From the NCBI GenBank assembly GCA_017620115.1, contig JAFZRB010000053.1, positions 1 to 40,739 of the forward strand: a stretch of DNA of 40,739 bases, in the 5' to 3' direction. The position numbers and the translations under genes were made by a program. This document shows positions 1-8,243 of the stretch, piece by piece (within the stretch, counting starts at the first letter, position 1; the number at the start of each line of letters is the position of its first letter). The notes beneath the pieces were generated by a model. That model did not search any database, was not told the origin of the DNA, and worked only from the letters and a program-made list of their open reading frames with translations. The stretch comes from Clostridia bacterium. GTDB lineage: Bacteria > Bacillota > Clostridia > Christensenellales > Aristaeellaceae.

Positions 1-102
1 ATGCTCCGTGCCCGCATATCTGCGCCGCATGGAAGCGGGTTCTTTCTGAGCGGCAAGCAGGGCCCGTTGCGCGCGTTCTGTAAATCTCGCAAAAAAAGCC
101 AT
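1..102 (-). CDS. clpC: ATP-dependent Clp protease ATP-binding subunit ClpC, 5' end only (runs off the window)
   Basis: Not in the ORF track. Minus-strand ATG at 102-100 is preceded by GAGGAGG. Translation is MAFFARFTERAQRALLAAQKEPASMRRRYAGTEH, matching the ClpC N-domain start (xFxRFTERAQ...GTEH). It follows ctsR-mcsA-mcsB as in the class III heat-shock operon. Confidence 0.8.
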   Translation of the reverse strand, partial: MAFFARFTERAQRALLAAQKEPASMRRRYAGTEH

Positions 103-115
103 AGATCCTCCTCAA

Positions 116-1150
116 TCAAACCATTTCACATTCGCCCAGCAGAGTGTCAACCGCCTCCCGCAGCGCCTCCGCGCGCATCGCGTCCCGCTGCCGCTCGGTC
201 ATTTTTTCCATGGAGCGGCATTCAATGGAGGCGTTCTGCATGTCCGCCATCAGCCGGTCAACCGCCTCGCCGGTCGTGTTTAAAAGCCCCAGCGCCGCGC
301 CTGTGCGGAGTTCGGAACAGCGCTGCATCATTTCCCTCTCGCTCATCAGCTTTGCCGCGCGGATCAGCGCCAGCGAACGGGCAACGCGGTCTTCTATCAA
401 CAGGGTATCCTGTTCGCGTATCTTGTTTCTCACACCGCGTTCACAGCCGATGATCCTCTCAGCCGCTTCGCTGATCGAACCCAGCATATCCTCTTCCGTG
501 CGGCCGATCACAGCCGAACCGCTCAGCTGATAGAGATTGCCCAGCACGTCGCCCTTTTCCTCGCGCCAAGGCGTCAGGCTCATGCCCTGTCCGGATAGCT
601 CCTGATGAATGCGGCCGATTTGTCCCGCCGCGCGCATCGTGGGCAGGTGCATGAGCACCACCGCCTTCATACCGGTTCCCGCGCAAGCCGGATCGGCCGT
701 CAGAAAGCCGAACTGCTCATCGTAAGCGTAAGCGCCCGCCGCGTCCAGCCAGCCGTCCGCCTGGCAGGCCAGGTCAGCCGCATGCTCCACCTGCAAGCCG
801 GGGAGCATGCCGTAGATGCGAACATGATCCTCTTCGTTCACGAGAATGCTCATCGTGGAGCCTTTTGAGAGGAAGGCCGCGCCGCGCGAAGGCCGCCTGA
901 GCAGCCCCCTGCTGATCAGATAATGATCGGCCAGCCGTCCCCGTTCCGATTCGTTCATGTCGGTAAGGCGCGCCAGCGTAAACGCATCTTTTTTGCCGGC
1001 CGCCTCAATCCCCTCCGCGACGCGCGTTATATTGTGCGCCGCTTCCTCGTCGCTCATGACGCTTTCGAAAGGGACGTCGGCGAAATTGCGCGCCAGCCGG
1101 ACGCGCGTCATGACGACGATATCCGAAGACGGCGCTTTCCATTCATTCAC
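116..1150 (-). CDS. mcsB: Protein arginine kinase McsB (ATP:guanido phosphotransferase)
   Basis: ORF 116-1264 has guanidino-kinase-like sequence (VMTRVRLARNFADVPF..., EEDHVRI, TADPACAGTGMKA). The likely start is GTG at 1150, with GGAGG 9 nt upstream, overlapping the mcsA stop (GTGAATGA). The track start at 1264 is an over-extension into mcsA. Confidence 0.9.
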   Translation of the reverse strand: MNEWKAPSSDIVVMTRVRLARNFADVPFESVMSDEEAAHNITRVAEGIEAAGKKDAFTLARLTDMNESERGRLADHYLISRGLLRRPSRGAAFLSKGSTMSILVNEEDHVRIYGMLPGLQVEHAADLACQADGWLDAAGAYAYDEQFGFLTADPACAGTGMKAVVLMHLPTMRAAGQIGRIHQELSGQGMSLTPWREEKGDVLGNLYQLSGSAVIGRTEEDMLGSISEAAERIIGCERGVRNKIREQDTLLIEDRVARSLALIRAAKLMSEREMMQRCSELRTGAALGLLNTTGEAVDRLMADMQNASIECRSMEKMTERQRDAMRAEALREAVDTLLGECEMV

Positions 1151-1670
1151 CGCGTTTCGCCTCCATTTCGGCCGACAGCGCGTGGATCTGGTCGCGCAGC
1201 GACGCCGCCTCTTCATAGGCCTCGTCGGCGATGGCGCGCTTCTGCCTGCGCCGGAGCTTTTCAAGCTGCATCCTCAGAGAAACGGCGCAAGCGACGCCGC
1301 CAGACGTCCGCCCAATGTGCTTCGACGCGCCGTAGGTTTTGTTCATCCACTCGGTCAACGGCTGCCGGAACGCTTCGTAGCACTGCGCGCAGCCCAGCCT
1401 CCGGCTGGCCCTGAATTGGGCGTAGGTCGTGCCGCACTGGGCGCAGCTGATATCCGGCACGGGCGCTTCGGCTTCCGGCGCGGCGGCCTTTTCCTGCTTC
1501 TGGCGGATCATCTGGCTCAGGCGGCTGGCGATGGCTCCAAAATCCAGGCTCAGCTCCTTCTTTCGGGCCAGGCACTCGCTGCACAGGTTGAAATCCCTCT
1601 TTTCGCCATCCACAATGGTCGTCAGATGAATGTTGGCCGGGCGGACGCCGCATTCGTCACACATGATCAT
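1143..1670 (-). CDS. mcsA: McsA, activator of McsB (zinc-finger and UvrB/C-motif protein)
   Basis: N-terminus MIMCDECGVRPANIHLTTIVDGEKRDFNLCSECL has paired CxxC motifs, and the C-terminus has a UVR-like motif (AIADEAYEEAASLRDQI). ATG at 1670 follows GGGGTGAG. ATGs at 1664 or 1691 are alternatives. Confidence 0.85.
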   Translation of the reverse strand: MIMCDECGVRPANIHLTTIVDGEKRDFNLCSECLARKKELSLDFGAIASRLSQMIRQKQEKAAAPEAEAPVPDISCAQCGTTYAQFRASRRLGCAQCYEAFRQPLTEWMNKTYGASKHIGRTSGGVACAVSLRMQLEKLRRRQKRAIADEAYEEAASLRDQIHALSAEMEAKRGE

Positions 1671-2142
1671 GTTGCTCACCCCGTTCGACATTTCGGAATA
1701 CCTGCTGCAGCATATTGCGCAGCACGGCCGCGCGCAGCACGTTTTTCGCGCTGATCGGCAGCGCCAGCGCGTTCTGAGCCACGGCGGAGCGCATGATCAG
1801 CGCTTCGTTGGCGGTGACCAGCTTGCAATCCAGCAGGTGTTTGATGATGGCCACGGCGCTGTCCTCGTCGATCTCCGTGCCCACGCGCTGCAGCAGTATG
1901 CTCAGCAGGTTGCCCTCCGAGCGCGGATGCATGCGCACGATGCGCACAAAGCCTCCGCCGCCGCGCCGGCTCTCGATCACGTAGCCGTGATCCACGGAAA
2001 AGCGCGTCGCCAGCACATAATTGATCTGCGACGGAGCGCACCCGAAATGCTGGGCCAGTTCATTGCGGCGGAGTTCGACCTGCGTGCCTTCCTCCATCAG
2101 ATCTTTGATGAATTTCTCTATCGTATCGCTCAACTGCGCCAT
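1657..2142 (-). CDS. ctsR: CtsR, transcriptional repressor of class III stress genes
   Basis: MAQLSDTIEKFIKDLM...NELAQHFGCAPSQINYVLATRFSVDHGYVIESRRGGGGFVRIV is the CtsR signature. It is the first gene of the operon and has its own operator upstream. Confidence 0.95.
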   Translation of the reverse strand: MAQLSDTIEKFIKDLMEEGTQVELRRNELAQHFGCAPSQINYVLATRFSVDHGYVIESRRGGGGFVRIVRMHPRSEGNLLSILLQRVGTEIDEDSAVAIIKHLLDCKLVTANEALIMRSAVAQNALALPISAKNVLRAAVLRNMLQQVFRNVERGEQHDHV

Positions 2143-2157
2143 AAATAACGCCTCGCT

Positions 2158-2203
2158 TTTGACTTTCTCTGACTATTTTAGCGCATTTATTTGACCTTTG
2201 CAA
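2158..2203 (-). promoter_or_regulatory. Sigma-A promoter plus CtsR operator of the ctsR operon
   Basis: The minus strand reads TTGCAA (2203-2198), 17 nt, TAAAAT (2180-2175). This is followed directly by AGTCAGAGAAAGTCAAA (2174-2158), matching the CtsR heptad direct repeat (A/G)GTCA(A/G)A-NAN-(A/G)GTCAAA. Confidence 0.7.
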
Positions 2204-2302
2204 TGCCCATACTCATCTTTTAACAGAAAATCCATAGCCGCGCCGATTCTTCTCCGTTCATTTTTCCTGAAACGCGCCCGGATTATTCCCGCATTCAGAC
2301 AG

Positions 2303-2338
2303 TCAAAAAGCAAGGCGCGGGGAAAAACGTCCCGCGCC
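2303..2338 (-). terminator. Rho-independent terminator after the NagB-like gene
   Basis: On the minus strand, GGCGCGGG / CCCGCGCC form an 8-bp GC stem (2331-2338 pairs with 2314-2321), followed by TTGCTTTTT. Confidence 0.6.
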
Positions 2339-2353
2339 CGTCTGATTCTGTGA

Positions 2354-3142
2354 TTATTCTTTTACAGCGTCCTCGTAGGTCTCCCACGATTCCAGGCATT
2401 CATTGAACCTCGCCGCGCCGTCGACGGTGACCTTTGAGGCGGAATCTCCGTCGAGATACAGCGTGAAATCGTCGTGTTCCTTCAGCATGGTCGCGGGAAC
2501 CCTGTTCGTTAGGGGACTCATGAGCGTCTTCTCCACGGCGTCCGCCTTCACGGCATACGGCACGCAGGAGATGATCTTTCTGCAGCGCATGATCTCCCGA
2601 ACCGTCATGGACACGGCCTGTTCCGGCACGTCGTTTACGCTTGCGAACCATCCCTCGCCCACCTGCTGACGGCGGCAGCGCTCGTCCAGTGACACGATGA
2701 TGTACGCCTCGTCCGTGTCGAAATCAGCCGGCGGATCGTTGAAAGCGATATGCCCGTTTTCCCCGATGCCGATCAGCCCCAGATCGACGGGCGCTTCGCG
2801 CAGTTTCTCCGTCAGCGCCGCGATGCCCCCGGCGGTCCCGTCCACGAAATGCGCCTTTTTCAGCGGCACGCGGCTGACGAAGCGTTCTTTCAGGTATTTC
2901 CGGAAGCTGGCCGGATGCGTTTCAGGGAGGTTTACATATTCGTCCAGATGAAACATCTCGACCTTTCCCCAGTCCACGTTTTCCTTCACCAGCGCGGCAA
3001 GCGTGTCGAACTGCGACGCGCCGGTCGAAAGCACGATGCGCGCGCCGCCCTGCCTTCGGATGGCGGCGTTGATGGCCGACGCGGCCTCCTTTGCGGCGAG
3101 GCGGCCCAGCATCGCCGGATCTCTGGCAACAATGACCCTCAT
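2354..3142 (-). CDS. Glucosamine-6-phosphate deaminase/isomerase family protein (NagB-like)
   Basis: ATG at 3142 (track start 3244 is over-extended into the upstream gene). MRVIVARD...RIVLSTGASQ...MFHLDEYV...LGLIGIGENGHIAFNDP matches the NagB/6-phosphogluconolactonase family. Confidence 0.8.
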   Translation of the reverse strand: MRVIVARDPAMLGRLAAKEAASAINAAIRRQGGARIVLSTGASQFDTLAALVKENVDWGKVEMFHLDEYVNLPETHPASFRKYLKERFVSRVPLKKAHFVDGTAGGIAALTEKLREAPVDLGLIGIGENGHIAFNDPPADFDTDEAYIIVSLDERCRRQQVGEGWFASVNDVPEQAVSMTVREIMRCRKIISCVPYAVKADAVEKTLMSPLTNRVPATMLKEHDDFTLYLDGDSASKVTVDGAARFNECLESWETYEDAVKE

Positions 3143-3147
3143 ATGGC

Positions 3148-4281
3148 TTACGCTCCTTTGAATTCCTCGCGAATGCCGGCCAGCAGCTCGATGATCGGGA
3201 AATGCTGGGGGCACTGGCCTTCGCAGGTGCCGCACGCCACGCACTGGCTCGCGTCGGCGTTTTCTTCAACCAGTTTGGCGTAGCGCGGGGCGAAATCCTT
3301 CGCGTCGCCGAACATGCAGGCGTTGTCAATTCCCTGGAAGATGCGCGGAATCTTCACGCCCATCGGGCAGGGCTGGCAGTATTCGCAGCCTGTGCAGCCC
3401 ACGCGCACGCGCTTCTCGTAGGCTTCGCGCACTTTGGTCAGCATGGCCTTATCCGCCTCGCTCAGGCAGCCCGCCTGCGCCTGATCGAATATGCGTAGAT
3501 TGTCGTCCAGCTGCTCCATCGCGGACATGCCCGAGAGGATCGTCACGAATTCCGGCTTATCGTAGAGCCAGCGGAACGCCCACTCGACCGCGCTGCGCTT
3601 CTCAGAGGCCGTGTCAAAGATAGCCTGAATCTCATCGGGCGTCCTGCGGGCCAGCGCGCCGCCGCGCAGCGGCTCCATGACCACCACGCCGATGCCCCTC
3701 TCGCCGCAGTACTTCTTGACGCCCGCATAGGTCGCCTGATTGAACTCGTCCAGCAGGTTCATCTGAACCTGAATCATCTTCCAGTCATGGGCCGTCGCGA
3801 TCTCCGCGAACGCCGCCGCATCATCATGGAATGAGAAACCCGGATAGCGGATCTTGCCCTTCTCGACCATCCTGTCGAGAAAATCCAGCGCGCCCAGATC
3901 GCGGATAAAATGCCAGCGATCGCCGTTCAGCGCGTGCAGCAGATAGAAATCGACGTGATCCGTTCTGAGCTTTGAAAGCTGCTCGTCCAGCGTCTGCTCC
4001 ATGTCCTCATAGGTCTTGACCTTCCATACGGGCAGCTTTGTGGTCAGCGTGACCTTTTCGCGCCAGCTGTCCGACAGCGCTTCGCCCACGACGACTTCGC
4101 TCTCGCCGCCGTGATAGGGGTAAGCGGTGTCGATGTAGGTGACGCCCTGATCGACGGCGTGGCGGATCATCCTGATTGCCTCGGCGCGATCCACCTGATT
4201 GTCCTTTGTGGGCAGGCGCATGCACCCCATGCCCAGCACGGAGGCTGTGATGTCGGTCCCGGGGAATTTTCTGTACTGCAT
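3148..4281 (-). CDS. Aldo/keto reductase with C-terminal 4Fe-4S cluster-binding domain
   Basis: AKR N-terminus (LGMGCMRLP...GVTYIDTAYPYHGGESE). The C-terminus has CTGCEYCQPCP and CVACGTCEGQCP ferredoxin-type motifs. Confidence 0.85.
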   Translation of the reverse strand: MQYRKFPGTDITASVLGMGCMRLPTKDNQVDRAEAIRMIRHAVDQGVTYIDTAYPYHGGESEVVVGEALSDSWREKVTLTTKLPVWKVKTYEDMEQTLDEQLSKLRTDHVDFYLLHALNGDRWHFIRDLGALDFLDRMVEKGKIRYPGFSFHDDAAAFAEIATAHDWKMIQVQMNLLDEFNQATYAGVKKYCGERGIGVVVMEPLRGGALARRTPDEIQAIFDTASEKRSAVEWAFRWLYDKPEFVTILSGMSAMEQLDDNLRIFDQAQAGCLSEADKAMLTKVREAYEKRVRVGCTGCEYCQPCPMGVKIPRIFQGIDNACMFGDAKDFAPRYAKLVEENADASQCVACGTCEGQCPQHFPIIELLAGIREEFKGA

Positions 4282-4284
4282 TCT

Positions 4285-6066
4285 CTACACTCCTTCACTC
4301 TCGAACTGGTCGTTTTCTTCCCCATTCTCCTCTTTGGCCACATAACGGGGCAATGTGACCGAGAACTCCGAGCCTTCCCCGAGCTTGGAGTGTACTTCGA
4401 CGGTGCCGCCCATGCTCACCGCGATGTGCTTGACGATGGCCAGGCCCAGGCCGGTGCCGCCCATCGAACGGGAACGGCCTTTATCCACGCGATAGAATCG
4501 CTCGAAGAGCCTGGGCAAATGCTCCTCGGCGATGCCTATGCCCGTATCGCTCACCAGGAAATAGGCGTTTTCGGCCGTTCCGTAAACGGACACGCGCACG
4601 CTGCCGCCGGGCTGGTTATACTTGATGGCGTTTTCGATCAGGTTCATGAGCAGCTGCTCCAGCCTGTCGGAATTGCCCCAAACATAAATCGGCTCGTCGT
4701 TTTCGTTGATGCTGAGGTCGATCTGCTTCTCGCGCGCGTGTATCTGCAGCACCTCGCACACGTCGGCCGCCATTTTGTCCAGGCGCAGGCGGCCCAGGCT
4801 CACTTCGGTATCGCCCGCCTCCAGCTTTGAGATCGACAGGATGTCGTTCACGAGGCGCGTGAGGCGGTTGGCCTCCATCATGATGATATTCAGGAATTTG
4901 CGCGCCATTTCGGGATTGTCGATCGCGCCGTCAAGGAGGGTTTCGACAAAGCCCCGAATCGAGGTGAGCGGCGTTTTCAGCTCGTGCGAGACGTTGGCCG
5001 TAAAGTCGGTGCGCATCTGTTCCAGGCGGCGCAGCTCCGTGATATCCTCGATCATGGCCATAGCGCCCACGACTTCGCCGTCGCGCTTCATGGGCGACAC
5101 ATAGAGCCTGAGGGGCGTGTGTCCGCGGCCGGTCGTGCCCTCGCGCACGGCGATTTCGCTGGTATACACGCCGGGCTGATTCATGCCCTCGCGGAAAAGC
5201 GGTTCAAGCTTAACGTCCTTGTTGAGCTCGGATACCGGCAGCCCCTCGGCCGGCACATGGACGCCGAGAAGCGTCTTGGCGACGGGCGTCATCAGGATGA
5301 CCTTCAAATCGCTGTCGACGGCCAGCATGCCGTTCTGCATTTGGTTCATGACCACGCTCAGCGCCTGATTGCGGCTGTTTCTTCGCTTGAGCTGGTCGCT
5401 GATGCGGTTCGCCACGGCATTGATCTTCGCCGCCGTCCGCGCGCTGCTGCCATGCACGCCCTCTATGCGCTCGTCGAAGCGTCCCTCCGCGAAGGCCTCG
5501 AGCACCTCTTTCGCGCCGCGCGTCAGGCGGTCGCTTTCCCTTGCCAGCAGACTGACGACCACATAGCAGAGCACCGTCAGCAGCAGGAGCAGGATGAACC
5601 GGTAACCGCTCACCATGTCCCAGAAACGCGGCGCCTCGCGCCACATGCGGGCAATCAGCCCGCATTCCGAACGAACCGAGACGAAGATCGTGAGGCCCTT
5701 TCCGTAGAGGCATATATCCGTCCCTGCGCCCTTCTCAATCGCTTCCTGAAAATCGTCGTTGGAGGCGTTTTTGAGAAGGACGGCTGTTCCTCCGCTGTGA
5801 TACAGAACCGTGCCGTCTCCATCCAGCACCGAAAGCCCCACTTCCAGCTCCGCGGCAAGCCCATCCAGCTCGTCCTTCGTCTCGCCCTCAAATGAGGAAA
5901 AAGCCGCAGTGTCCAGGTATTCTGCGGACATGCGGCATAATTGAAGGAGGTCTTCGATCTCGCTGGCCGTCAATCTCTCGAAGGCCGCGCGGGAATACAT
6001 CGCTGAAAAGACGATGCAGCATATGAGGGTGGCGCAGGCTGCTATGAGGGCAACCCGTCTTCTCAT
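4285..6066 (-). CDS. Sensor histidine kinase, PhoR-like (2 TM, HAMP, PAS, HisKA, HATPase)
   Basis: H-box FTANVSHELKTPLTSIRGFVETLLDGA; N/G boxes LIENAIKYN...DTGIGI...GGTGLGLAIVK. The start overlaps the regulator stop (ATGA). Confidence 0.9.
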   Translation of the reverse strand: MRRRVALIAACATLICCIVFSAMYSRAAFERLTASEIEDLLQLCRMSAEYLDTAAFSSFEGETKDELDGLAAELEVGLSVLDGDGTVLYHSGGTAVLLKNASNDDFQEAIEKGAGTDICLYGKGLTIFVSVRSECGLIARMWREAPRFWDMVSGYRFILLLLLTVLCYVVVSLLARESDRLTRGAKEVLEAFAEGRFDERIEGVHGSSARTAAKINAVANRISDQLKRRNSRNQALSVVMNQMQNGMLAVDSDLKVILMTPVAKTLLGVHVPAEGLPVSELNKDVKLEPLFREGMNQPGVYTSEIAVREGTTGRGHTPLRLYVSPMKRDGEVVGAMAMIEDITELRRLEQMRTDFTANVSHELKTPLTSIRGFVETLLDGAIDNPEMARKFLNIIMMEANRLTRLVNDILSISKLEAGDTEVSLGRLRLDKMAADVCEVLQIHAREKQIDLSINENDEPIYVWGNSDRLEQLLMNLIENAIKYNQPGGSVRVSVYGTAENAYFLVSDTGIGIAEEHLPRLFERFYRVDKGRSRSMGGTGLGLAIVKHIAVSMGGTVEVHSKLGEGSEFSVTLPRYVAKEENGEENDQFESEGV

Positions 6067-6764
6067 ATGCGGTTCTCCTGTCTGTCGTTGAACTTGTAGC
6101 CGACGCCGCGGATGGTCTCGATGTAATGCGCGTCGTCGCCCAGCTTCTGGCGGATGTGGCGGATATGGACGTCGACCGTTCTGGTCTCGCCATAGAACTC
6201 ATAGCCCCAGATGCGATCCAGCAGGAAATCGCGGGTGAGCACCTTGCCGCGGCTGATGACCAGCAGCTTCAGAAGCTCGAATTCCTTCAGCGTCAGCGAG
6301 AGCTTTTCGCCGTTGCGGAACGCCTCGTAGTTGCCCACGTCGATCGTGAGCCCGCCCACGTGCAGGATGCCCTCTTCCTCGTTCTGGGGAGCGGCCCGGC
6401 GCAGCAGAGCCTTGACGCGCGCGATCAGCTCGCGCACGCTGAACGGCTTGGTGATATAGTCGTCCGCGCCCATCTCCAGGCCCAGGATCTTATCCACCTC
6501 GTCGCCCTTGGCGGTCAGCATGATGATCGGGATATCGCTTGTCGTTGAAGTGCTCTTCAGACGGCGGCATACCTCAACGCCGTCGATGCCGGGCAGCATG
6601 ATGTCCAGCAGGATCATGGCCGGACGCTCATGGGCGCACACGACGAGCGCGTCCTCGCCGTTTGCGGCCGTCACCACGCGGTATCCGGACGCTTCCAGAT
6701 TGAAAGTCAGCAGTTCAAGAATATGAGCCTCGTCGTCCACGGCCAGAATAAGTTCGTTTGCCAT
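6063..6764 (-). CDS. OmpR/PhoB-family response regulator (PhoP-like)
   Basis: Receiver domain (LAVDDE...LLDIMLPGIDG...LTAK) plus winged-helix output domain (LTLKEFELLKLL...RTVDVHIRHIRQKL...IETIRGVGYKF). Confidence 0.9.
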   Translation of the reverse strand: MANELILAVDDEAHILELLTFNLEASGYRVVTAANGEDALVVCAHERPAMILLDIMLPGIDGVEVCRRLKSTSTTSDIPIIMLTAKGDEVDKILGLEMGADDYITKPFSVRELIARVKALLRRAAPQNEEEGILHVGGLTIDVGNYEAFRNGEKLSLTLKEFELLKLLVISRGKVLTRDFLLDRIWGYEFYGETRTVDVHIRHIRQKLGDDAHYIETIRGVGYKFNDRQENRI

Positions 6765-6835
6765 GCGCGTCTCCTTCTTTCTTCTGATATTTAATATGGA
6801 ACCGGATTCCCGACACCCTGCCGGGAGAATCCATA

Positions 6836-7288
6836 TTATCGGTTATTCAACAGTTTGTTCAGTTCCTCAATGAAGTTCTCCAGATCGGTGAACTGCCGGT
6901 ATACCGACGCGAACCGCACGTAAGAAACCTTGTCAAGCTCCTTCAGGCCGTCCATCACCATTTCGCCGATCTCGGCGCTGGTGATTTCCTGATCGTTGGC
7001 GTAGGCCCTCATCTCGATCCTGCTCGTCAGCTCGTCGATATCCGACATGGAAACCGGCCGCTTTTCGCAGGCTTTCAGGATGCCCTGGCGCAGCTTTTCC
7101 GAATCAAAGGGTTCGCGGCGCTTATCCTTCTTGACCACCATCAGCGGAATGGTGTCGACCTTTTCATACGTCGTGAAGCGCCTGCCGCATTTTTCGCACT
7201 CGCGGCGTCTGCGGATCGAATTGCCGTCTTCAACGGCCCGTGAATCGACCACACGGCTTTCCTCGCATCCGCAGTATATGCACCTCAT
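6836..7288 (-). CDS. nrdR: Transcriptional repressor NrdR
   Basis: MRCIYCGCEESRVVDSR...RRRRECEKCGRRFTTYE zinc ribbon plus ATP-cone. ATG at 7288; the track start at 7312 is over-extended. Confidence 0.9.
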   Translation of the reverse strand: MRCIYCGCEESRVVDSRAVEDGNSIRRRRECEKCGRRFTTYEKVDTIPLMVVKKDKRREPFDSEKLRQGILKACEKRPVSMSDIDELTSRIEMRAYANDQEITSAEIGEMVMDGLKELDKVSYVRFASVYRQFTDLENFIEELNKLLNNR

Positions 7289-7318
7289 CCATATGCCTCC
7301 CCTAAGATACATGTAAGT

Positions 7319-7347
7319 ATTTTACCGGCGACCGTTCATTTTGTCAA
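7319..7347 (-). promoter_or_regulatory. Sigma-A-type promoter for nrdR
   Basis: The minus strand reads TTGACA (7347-7342), 17 nt, TAAAAT (7324-7319), about 30 nt upstream of the nrdR ATG. Confidence 0.55.
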
Positions 7348-7387
7348 GTAGTTTACAGTAGATTTGTGTCTGATAACTAAATTTAGG

Positions 7388-7639
7388 TCAACAATTTTGA
7401 AAGAAGCTGGCATTGAGTTCAACTAAAATAACATCGTCCCCGATGCGCCTTACATAACTCCACGGTATCACAATGCCTTCCCGCACGCTGCGGAGCATTC
7501 CCTTCCAGCCCGTCTGGCTGGGCACGACCAGCGCCACGGCGCATGCCTGATCGTTCAGTTCGATGTCTATCGGATGTCCGTAGCGCTTGCCGTCGCATAT
7601 GTTTATGACTTCCTTTTCGCGCAGCTCAGAAAAACCCAT
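7388..7639 (-). CDS. ylmC: YlmC/YmxH-family sporulation protein (PRC-barrel)
   Basis: MGFSELREKEVINICDGKRYGHPIDIELN... is typical of YlmC/YmxH. ATG at 7639 follows GAGGTGA; the track start at 7657 is a TTG. Its position downstream of sigG matches Bacillus synteny. Confidence 0.8.
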   Translation of the reverse strand: MGFSELREKEVINICDGKRYGHPIDIELNDQACAVALVVPSQTGWKGMLRSVREGIVIPWSYVRRIGDDVILVELNASFFQNC

Positions 7640-7726
7640 AGCGATCACCTCGATCAATTCTATGTATTCTGGCCGCGGCGTGGTGACAACGTTTGCAAAA
7701 AACGGGAAAGAAGCGGATCGTCCCGG

Positions 7727-8221
7727 TCAGACGTAACGCTGCATCTGCCTGAGCGCCGCTTTTTCCAGGCGGGATACCTGCGCCTGGGAGATGCCGATTT
7801 CCTCGGCCACTTCCATCTGCGTCCGCCCTTCAAAATAGCGTCTTTCGATGATTCCCCGCTCACGTTCGCCCAGATGCTCCATAGCCTGCCGTAGCGACAG
7901 GCTGCGCACCCAGTCGTCCGCGTCCACCCGCTCGTCCTTCACCTGATCCATGACGCAGATCGGCTCGCCGCCATCCTGAAAGACCGGTTCAAAAAGCGAA
8001 ACGGGATCCTGAATGGCGTCCATGGCGAAAGCGACTTCCCTGTCGCCGCAGCCGACCTCCGCCGCGATTTCCGCGTTGTCCGGTTCGCGGCCCAGCTTAT
8101 AGGTCAGCGCCTCGCGCGCCTTGAGCGCCCTGTAGGCCAGATCGCGCAGCGACCGGCTCACGCGAATCTGGTTGTTGTCGCGCAGATACCGCCGTATTTC
8201 GCCGGCGATCATTGGCATGGC
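7727..8221 (-). pseudogene. sigG: 3' segment of split sporulation sigma factor sigma-G gene (part of region 2.4 through region 4.2); about 90-100 N-terminal codons absent
   Basis: ...PMIAGEIRRYLRDNNQIRVSRSLRD...DAIQDPVSLFEP...GRTQMEVAEEIGISQAQVSRLEKAA matches B. subtilis SigG (recalled from memory) almost motif for motif, and fits it better than SigF. Upstream of codon 8219-8221 the frame reads the unrelated ...SDRLFRQQT and reaches a stop at 8333-8335 with no start codon. Confidence 0.85.
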
Positions 8222-8243
8222 GGTCTGTTGTCGAAACAGTCGG

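Noticed and set aside
1-453. 150-aa plus-strand ORF at the left edge
   Set aside because: It overlaps mcsB and clpC on the opposite strand. It is Pro/Ala/Arg/Ser-rich and has no support.
2354-3244. N-terminal extensions in the ORF track. Examples are 2354-3244, 116-1264, 6836-7312, 13453-14430, 14256-15401, 19599-20168, 23958-24875, 26972-28318, 28198-29004, 31452-32606 and 37402-38790.
   Set aside because: The track takes the longest frame and counts TTG and GTG as Met. The extensions overlap upstream genes, are Arg/Pro-rich and lack an RBS. Internal ATG or GTG starts with Shine-Dalgarno sequences and homologous N-termini were used instead.
7640-7726. Mother-cell-type (sigma-E/K) -10-like ATACATAGAAT upstream of ylmC, and a weak hairpin after sigG
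   Set aside because: The match to CATACAHT or CATA-N3-TA is only partial, no convincing -35 is present, and the stem is about 5 bp. It is not strong enough to report as a feature.
7727-8218. Alternative reading of the sigma fragment as sigF, sigK or sigE, or as a complete short sigma-like protein
   Set aside because: The motifs RRYLRDNNxIRVSRSLRD, DAIQDPVSLFEP and GISQAQVSRLEKAA fit SigG better than SigF (recalled as QRFIRDDGTVKVSRSLKE) or SigK/SigE. A protein lacking regions 2.1-2.3 cannot bind core polymerase or the -10 element, so a complete functional gene is unlikely.
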